DNA from: an uncultured bacterium | GTDB lineage: Bacteria; Verrucomicrobiota; Kiritimatiellia; CAIQIC01; Lenti-01 | DNA length: 62,606 bases | Assembly (NCBI GenBank): GCA_902766695.1 | Contig: CACXEY010000254.1 | Coordinates: 1 to 62,606, forward strand | Direction of reading: 5' to 3' | In this document: piece after piece, positions 28,701 to 37,700 of the stretch | Position numbering within the stretch: position 1 is the first letter of the stretch | Layout of the letters: every line of letters starts with the position of its first letter | Translations under genes and position numbers: made by a program | The notes under the pieces: generated by a model | Seen by the model: only the letters and a program-made list of their open reading frames with translations | Told to the model about the DNA's origin: nothing | Databases searched by the model: none

Positions 28701-31700
28701 TGCCGGTTCGGCAGCGAGTTCGTGTACCCCTTCCACGAGCCCGTCAGCTGCGCGGCCGTCCACGACCCGATTTCCTCCCATTCCGTGTCCTTGTCCCCCT
28801 TCGCCTCCACGATCAGCTTCGCCGACCCGGACGCGTTGTACGCCTTCGCGTAGAACTGCAGGTTCGTCGTCCCGCCGACCTCCGGGCTGGTGAGCGCGCC
28901 GCTCCCGCCGCTGAGGTTCAGGCCGTGGTCGTGCGCCGTCCCGGAGACGCTGGCGTACAGGCGGCTCGCCGTCTTCGTGAACGTCGCGCCGCTGGAACTC
29001 GCTTCCCAGTCCTTCGGGCAGCCGTCCACCACGAACGCCTGCGCGAGCTTGATCTTCGACTCGTCGCACACCTCCGTGACTTCCACGTCGTACGTGTCCG
29101 CGTCCGCGACCGGCTCCCAGTGCACCATGAACTGGTTCTTGCCGATTTCGGAGATGTACGGCTTCGGCGCCTCGATGGCCACTTCGCCCGTCAACCGCAC
29201 TTCGTCCACGAAGATCAGCGCCTTGCGCTGGTCGACCGCCGTCGTGTCGAAGAACGTCAGCCGCACCGTCAGCTGCGTCACCGCGTCCGGCACCTGCAGG
29301 ACGAACGGGTTGCCGTACGGCGCGCGCGACTCGTCGTAGAAGTCCACGTTCCCGCCCGAGAAGTCCCCGGTCATCGTCTGCAGCTGCAGGCCGTAGTCGC
29401 GGCTCGTGTCCGTCCGCTGCCGCCACATGCCGTCGTTCTTGTTGTCGTACGACATCCATGTCCCGTCCGCCCCGTTCCCGTTCGTGCTGATGGCCACGTG
29501 CATGTAGTTGCCGCCGCCGCTGTACGTCTGCGCGTAGTGGAAGCTGAACTCCACGTTCTTGTACCCGCTCAGGTCGATCGTGTCGAACTGGATTGCCGGG
29601 TTGTTCGTGTTGATGACGATGTCCGTCCCCGTCTTGACCTGCCCCTCGTTGTTCGTCCACGTGTGCGGCCCGTACCACGTCCAGCCCGAACCGCCGCTCA
29701 GGCGGAAGCAGTTCGTCCCGAAGTAGTTCGTGTAGCTGCTCACGCCCAGCTGGTTCGTGCAGTCCGGGTCCGTCCGCCCCGCCGGCCCGTACGTCTTGCC
29801 CGCCCCGTAGTAGTACGCGTAGTCCTTCACCCCGCTCGGCACGACCCCCTTCGACGTGTTGCGCCCCGTCTGCCCGTCGTATTCCCACGACCCCTCGACG
29901 AAGTGCGCCCACTCGTACGGCAGCGTGTCCCCGCTCTGGTTGTACGCCCAGTACCCGCAGTCGCCCGCGCGGCCCGGGTTCGTCGTGCGGCCCTTCTTGT
30001 AGCCCCACGGGTGCACGTCCCAGCCGTCCCAGCCCTGGGAGGCGATGGCTTCGACCATGCCGCGCACGATGACCTCGCGCTGCACGCACTCCTTGCTCAG
30101 CGTGTACGTCCCGTCACCGTTGTCCAGCGCCCCGTAGAAGTAGTAGAAGTACTTCCAGCCGCCGGTCACGCCCGGGTCGGTCGCCGTCGCGTGCACGCCC
30201 GGATCGGCGGTGTTCACCCAGTAGTTCCCGCCCGTGTCGTTCGTCACCACCTCGTATCCGTGCGGCAGGCTGTTCAGGTCGAGGCTCGCCGGCGGATTGC
30301 GCATGTCCTGCCCGCGGATGACGACCACGCTCTGCCCGCCCGCCGGCGTCCAGCCCAGGTCCACCGTCCCGTGCGTGTTGGCGGAGGCCGTCACGTCCGT
30401 CGGCGGCGTCGCCAGCCGTTCCAGCTTCACCTCGTCGATGTAGAAGTAGTGCTTCGCGCCGCCGCTGTTGCCGCAGAACGCCACCCGCACCGCCAGCTGC
30501 CGGATGCCGTGCAGCTCGAACGAGTACGCGTCCCCGGCCGGCCGCGTCGTGCTGTTCGTCCCGCGGTTGTACGGCCAGTTCTGGTTCATCACGTCGCCCC
30601 CGCCACGCCCGATCTTGCCCATCGTCCACCCGCCCTTCGTGAGCGTCGCCAGCCCCTCCGGCGCCACCCATGCCGTCCCGCCGTCCGTGCTGTAGCTCAC
30701 CCACAGGTTTTCCCCTTCCGCCAGGTCGCACGCCGCGAACGGGATCGTGACCACCACGTTCTCCGAGTGCCCGGCCCCGAAGTCCTTGTTCGCGAACTCC
30801 ACCACCCCGTACGTCCCCGCCGCCGCGCTGCCGCTCATCCGCAGCGCGCGGTCGCCGTACATCGGGTTCTCCCCGTCCACCACCTTCACCTCCGGGTCGG
30901 TGGAGAGCCGCTGCGACTCCGTCCGCCACGTCGTCGTCCCCACGACGTTGTACTTGATGTCGTACCCCCACGCCGTCGTGTCCAGCGCGCCGTTTTCGCC
31001 CGCCCCTTCGAAGCCCTGGCTCTGCACCACGCCCGCGGTCTTCTGCCGCGTCGCCGCCGTCTGCACCGCTTCCGCCGTGAACGTCTGGCTGTTGTACGTC
31101 TCCGTCGCCGTCAGGCGGAACCAGTACCGCCGCCCGATGGCCAGCCCGGACAGGTTCTGGATCCCGCCGCTCACGGTGCCGCTGAACGTGCTCGCGCTCT
31201 GCGGATACGCTTCCAGCTTGATCCGCAGGTCCTTGATTTCCGCCCCGTACCCGTAGCTGCCGCCCGCCGCCGCGTCCGGCGCCTGCACGCGGATTGCCAC
31301 CGTCCGCTGCCCCAGCGCGCGTTCCGGCAGCGCGAACCGCGTCACCGTCTTCTCCCCGCCCGACGCCGCGCTCCCCGGCACCGCGTTCGCCGTCGAAGCG
31401 ATGTCGCCCGCCAGCGTCCACGTCGTCCCGCCGTCGATGCTGTAGAACACCTGCAAGGCCGAGTTCTTCCCGTCGTTGAACCAGCGCCCGTGCAGGAACT
31501 CGATTGTCGCGCTCTTCGCGCCGAACGTGCTGAACCACCGGCTCTGGATCCCCGGCGCCCCCGCGCTGCTGTACGACAGCACGTGCCCCTGGTCTTCCGC
31601 CTTCTGCGCCGCCGTCCCGCTCGACTTCACGTAGTACTTCGGATAGTTCGCGTTCCCGCCCAGGTAGAACCACCCGTTCCCCTTGTCGCTGCGCGCCAGC

Positions 31701-34700
31701 GTCGTCGCCGGGCACTCGATCGTCTCGTACAGCGCCCCCGTCGCCCCGTCCGTCGTCATCGGCCCCACTTCCAGCGTGTACGCCGTGTCCGCCACGTTGT
31801 CCCACTTCACCGACAGGCTCGTGTCCAGGATGTTCGTCACGCAGAAGCCCGTCACCGCCAGGCTCGCGCTCGTCGTCCCCGTGCAGTTCGCCGTCCCGCT
31901 GCTCGACTCCCCGTCCGCCTTGGACTGGATCGTGTAGTAGTACTGCCTCTGCGCGTCCAGTCCCGTCACCGTCAGGCTCGTCGAAGCGGTTTCGATCGTC
32001 TGCTTCAACGTGCCGCTCGCGCTGCTGCCCTGGTACACCTTGACCACGTACGTCTCCGCGTCGGCCACCGCGTCCCACTGCACCGTCATCGCGTGGCGTC
32101 CGATGCTCTCCGGCACCACCCACGCGCTCGCCGGGGCCGCCGGCGCCGACTTCGTCGTCGCCATCGACTCCGTCCACGCCCCGTACTGCGGTGCGCCGCC
32201 CACCAGCACCCCGTCGCTCGCCGCGACGTGGAAGTAGTACGCGTGCCCCGCTTCGAGCTCTTCCAGCTCCGCCGACAGCTTGTCGGCCGTCAACCCGGTC
32301 CCGCTCGAAATCACGCACCCGCTCCCCGAGTAGTCCCCGCCCTGCTTCGTCAGCGTCACCTTCGCCTTCTTCAGCGCCGCCCCCACCGGCTTCGTCACCG
32401 TCCCTACCGAATCCGCGGCCGCCCGCGCTTCCAGCCGCACCTTCACGTGCGCGTGGCCCAGCGCCCCGGACGGCAGCGCCAGCGAACGCGAATACGTCGC
32501 GTACGCCGTCGAGATGTCCGTCGCCGACTGCACCGGACCGTCCGTCCAGCTGTCGCCCCCGTCGATGCTGTAGCTCAGCGTCACCGCCGCCGTCGCCAGG
32601 TAGCCATCGTTGTACCACCGCCCGTGCAGGAACGTCACCGTCCCCGCGCTCGCCCCCACCGTGCTGAACTCCGCGCTCTCGATGCCCGGACTGCCCGCGC
32701 CCGCCAGCACGATCGAGTTCTCGCTCAGCCGCGCCCACGCCGGATACGTCTCCCGCAGGAACCCGTAAGTCGACTGCTGCGTCGCCTCCGGCGCCGTCCC
32801 CCCGCCCGTGTACGTCCAGTCGTCCACCCCTTCCTCCAGGTCCCCGTCCGTCCGCGTCTCCTGCGCCGCCACTTCCGTCGAGGTCGCCCCTCCGCACTTC
32901 GTCACCTCGTACTTGTACAGCGTGCCCGCCGACGCCCCCGGAGCCTCGCTCCAGGCCACCGTCATGTGGTTCTGCCGGATGCTCTCGCCCCAGATTTCCT
33001 CCGGCGGCGGCTGCGGCACCGCCGTCGAGGCCGGGATTTCCGTCCACGCGCTCCGCTCCGCCGCGCCCCCGCCGACCGGCGTCAGAACCGTCCGCACCCG
33101 GATGTAGTATTCGCCGCCCGCGGAGAGGCCGCTGAAAATCTTGCTCGTCGAAGACTGCGGCCCTTGTATTGCCGTCGCCGTCCCGCACTCGTAATCACCG
33201 CCGCCGACCCCGCGCGCCGTCACCTTCAGGTTCGCGATGCTCGCCCCCTGCGCCCGCCAATCCTCGTTCGGCGGATTCAGGTCGTAGTTCGTCGCGTGCT
33301 TCGTCCGCAGCAACAGCTTCACGCCGCCCGCCAGCGCCTCCGCCGGCAGCGGGATGCTCCGGCTGCTCGCCGTCGCCGCCGTCGCCCCGGCCGCCGTCCC
33401 CGTCTCCTGCACCAGCGTCCAGTTCGCCCCCTCGTCCAGCGAATAGTACAGCGCCACCTCCGACATCGTGCTCCGGTTCACGTACATGTGCGAGAACTCC
33501 ACGTTCGCGCTCACGTACCCCGCCAGGTCCAGTTCCGGCGACAGGATGCCCGGCTCGATGCTCGTGCTGCTGTACTGCCCCCACAGCTTGTGCACCCCGT
33601 TCTCGTACTTCGGATAGCTGCTCGCCGTGCTCCCGCTGTACTCCCGCTGGTACGTCCAGTCCGTCGCGCTCGTCCCGAACGCCAGGTTCTGCGCCGGGCA
33701 CTCCCCCGCCGTCGCCGCTTCCGCCCCGGCCTTCGCGCACGGCGTCAGCTGCACCTCGTACTGCGTCGTGTACCCGCTCTCCGCGTACGCGTCCCACCCC
33801 GCCGTCAGCGTGTACCGCCCCGCCTCCGTGATGGCCAGCCCCGTCGGGCCGTTGAACGGCGTCGTGCTGCTGCTCCCCGCCGTCCACGTGCTTCCCGCGC
33901 CGTCACCGCTCCCCACCGCCTGCACGCGGAAGTAGTACAGCGTCTCCGGCGCCAGCCCCGTCAGCACCGTCGTCGTCCCCGGCACGTTCCGGCTCTGCGT
34001 CGCCGCGCACTCGTAGTCCCCGCCCGTCCGGTACTTGTACACCTTGATGTCCTTGATTCCCGCCCCCGCCGGCTTGTATGCCGACACCGACGTGTCGTAG
34101 TACGCCGCCGCCTTGTCCGCGCGCAGCTGCAAGCGCACGTTCTTCCGCCCCAGGACCACGGCGGGCAGCGCGATTGTCTTCGTCACCCAGCTCCCCGTCC
34201 CCTCCGAGCAGCTGCTCACGTTCGTCCACCCCGCCCCGCCGTCCAGGCTGTAGTACAGCGTCACCGGCGAGAACTTCGCCAGCGTGTTCGTCCCGTCGTT
34301 CGCCTTCCGGTGGGCGAACTCGATGTACCCGCTCGCCGCGTCGCTCAGGTCCAGCGCCGGCGTCTCCACGCCCGGCTTGTACGTCGTGTTCACGTACTGC
34401 CCCGCCAGCCAGTGGCCGAACGTTGAATGCCAGTACGGATACGCCCCCGCCGCGTACCCCGCGCTCGAACTGTACCCCTTCCGGTACGTCCAGTCCGTCG
34501 CCGAATGCGTGTCGTACGCCCGCGTGCTGCTCGGGCACGTATCCCCCTCCTGCACCGGCGTGTCCGAATCCAGACCGCACGTCGTCCACTCCACGTTGTA
34601 GCTCGCCGCCCCGCTCACCGCGTCCCACGCCAGCGTCATCCCGTTCCGCGTCTCCCCGCTCGCCGCCACCGTCGCCGGCCCCGGGAACCCGCTCGTCGTC

Positions 34701-37700
34701 TGGTTCGCCGTCGGGCTCCAGGCGCTCTCCTGCCCGTCCGTCCCCACCGCCTTCACCCGGTAGTAGTACTTCGTGCTCGCCGCCAACCCCGTGATGGCCT
34801 GGCTCGTCCCGCCCGTCACGTCGTAGCTCGTCACCCCCGACGAGAAGTCGGACGCCGTGCTCCGCTGCAACACGTATTTGCCCAAGTCCGTCGTGTTCCC
34901 CGCCGTCCAGCTCACCGTCATGCTGTTGCGCGTCACGCTGCTGAACGTGATGGCCGACGGCGCCGTGTACGCCGCCGTCGTCGCGTTCCCGGTGGACGAC
35001 CACGCGCTCTCCTGCGAATCCGTCCCCACCGCCTTCACCCGGAAGTAGTACTTCGTGCTCGCCGTCAGCCCCGTGAGGCTCTTCGTCAGCGTCCCCGCCG
35101 CCACGTTCGCGCTCGAAACCCCGCTCGCGAACGTGCTGCTCGTGCTCCACTGCAGCACGTAGTGGTCCAGGTCCGTCGTGTCCCCCGCCGTCCACGTTAG
35201 CGTCATCGCGTTCCGCAGGATTCCGCTCGCCGCGGGCGTCCCCGGCGCCGTGTACGCCGTCGCCGTCCCCGTCGCCTCCACCCACACGCTCTTCGCCGTC
35301 GGATTCGCCGCGCTCCCCTGCAGCGCCTGTACCCGGAAGTACACCGTCTCGCCCGCCGTCAGCCCCGTCACCGTGTAGCTCGTCCCCGATGTCGTGCCCT
35401 CGACCGTCTTGTAGCTCGTCCAGCTCTCGCTCGTCCCCGTCCCGCTGTAGTCCCCGCTCCCCTTGCTCAGCCGAGAAACCTTGACGTTCGTGAGCCTCGG
35501 GCTGATGAAATACGCCGTCCCGTACGCATGTGCGTTCGGCGCAACCAACTTGAACGCCACCCGGTCTCCTTCCCCCCAAGCCCCGGCAGGCACGTCGAAC
35601 TGGGCGGTTGTCGGGACGTCCGTCGACTCGGGCGCAGCCGCCCCAAGATAGCACCACGGCCCATCGTCGATCTGGTAGTAAACCTCCACCGTCCCGTCCG
35701 ACAGCTGTCCGTCCCCGATTCCCAGGTTGAACGACGCCACCGTGAACGACACCCGAATCCCCGTCATTCCCGCAATCGGGAAGCTTTTGCTTTCGAGGCC
35801 ATTCCCCGCAACGCCCGGAATGTGGCCCGAAGCATACCCCGGTGCGGTGCTCAACGTGGAGCTCGTGGTGGTCGCCGTCGTTCCGATGTACTTCCAGTCC
35901 TTCGTCCCGAAGCTGCCCAGCGCCAGCGCCGCCGTCCCCGCGCTCTTGTCAGCCCACGTCGACGGCGCCGCCGTCTTCGTCACCTGCACCCCGTACCCGA
36001 CAGCCCCGCTCTGGACGTCCGTCCACGTGAACGTCACCGCGTTGCGCACCGCGCTCGCGCTGACCGTGTTCGGCCTCACCCCGGCCTTCACCCCCAGCTC
36101 GTCGCTCCAGTCCCCGTCCGGAGCCTTCCGCACCCGCGCGTAATACGTGCTCCCGCTCGTCAGCCCCGTCACCTCCTTGGCATATCCCGGAATTCCGCTC
36201 GTCCCCGGCGTGTACGTGTACGAAATCTCGCTGAGCATCGCCAGATATTCGTTGTTGTCCGGCTTCGCCCAGCGCAACCGCACGCCCTGCTCCCCGCCCT
36301 TCAGGGAACTCGTGCTGTACGTGAACGTCGAAAATGCCGTCTGGCTCGCCGGCTCGTACGTGTCCAGTTTCGTCCAGCTCGCCCCGCCGTCGTAGCTCAC
36401 GCTGAAATCCAGATGCCGTTTGGCGTTGTTGCCGTCCCCGCCGGCGCGCATCTTCGTCGTCACCGACGTCACCTCCCCGTAAATGGGTTCCGTGTAGATG
36501 CACGAACCGACCGCGCTGAACCGGATTTCCCCGTCGTAAGTCGTGCTCTGGTTGTTCCTCGGGCAGGTGTTCGCGCTGCTCACCCCCAGCGTGTTGCTGA
36601 ACGTGTACACATGCCCCGCGCTCGTGATGTTCCGCGCCGCCGTCGGATACGAACTCTCGTTCGCCCAGACCGAATCGCTGTCGAACGTTTCCGTCACTGT
36701 CGACGAAGAGAACGAGCTGCTCGTCCCCGTCTGCACGTCATACCCCGCCGAGTCGCTCGACAGCTGGCTCCAGTTCAGCAGGTAACTCGTCCCGTCCACC
36801 CCCGTCGCCCACACGTTCGGCCCCTGGGACGCGATGGTCGTGATGCTCCGCGACGCCGGGCTCGTCGCCAGGTAGTTCGCCGTCGTCCCGTCACCGCCCT
36901 CCGCGTACGCGTACGCGTAAATGGTATAGGTCTGCTCCGGCGTCAGTCCCGTCACCTCCGCGCTCGTCCCCGCCCCCGCGAACGCCACCGTCCCCGCCCC
37001 GATTGCGTCACCCGCCGAATACGCCACCCCGTCCGTCGGCGCCGTCACGCTGCTCCCGCTCGGCACCACGATCAGCAACGTCTTCAGCGACGCCGTTTCC
37101 CCGCTAGCCGCCGCCCAGCTCCCCGCCGTCCACGTCATCGACGCCTTCCGGCTCCCCACCGTCCCCGCCGTCAACCCGCTCGCCTGCCCGCTCGGCTCCG
37201 TCGCCAGCGTCCAGAAATCGCTCGTCGCCGGAGTGGTAGCATACGAGGAGAATTTCAGGTTTGCGGAAGTAGCGGAATTCGGGGTGCGCCCGTACAACGC
37301 CAGATAATAATGCGTTGCAGGCGTTGCCCCCGACACCGCGATGTTCGCGCTCGCTATGGCCCGGTGGACGAGGGCCTTGGTCCCGCTGGAGGCCGGATAT
37401 TCCTCTGCGCTGCCCCATGCGATGCTGGCCTCCGTCTGCGCCGCCGGCCCCGACCCGTCCGTGGGCGCCGTCGGCGAACTCCCCGCCTTTGCCAGCAACA
37501 CGTTGTGGGTCGCCCCCGTCCCGCGCGAATATGCCACCGTGAACTGATTCACGCCCACGCCCGTCACGCTCGTGATGCTACCGCTCGTCGACGGCCGCAC
37601 CCCCATCACCTTCACCGTGCAAGTTGCCGTCTGCCCCAGATAATTGTCCGTCGCCGCCGCCGTCGCCGTGATTGTCACGTTCCCGTACCCCGTGCTGCCC

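Noticed and set aside
16442-34426. 5,994-aa plus-strand ORF, with similar long plus-strand ORFs at 34427..35200, 35528..38563, 43461..46298, 46647..55175 and 55554..57914.
   Set aside because: These are antisense shadow ORFs of the giant minus-strand genes. Their translations are monotonous Arg/Pro/Val/His/Gly low complexity with no motifs. The minus-strand frame shows signal peptides, FN3/Ig/LamG grammar and balanced composition. Long stop-free antisense frames are expected at this GC content.
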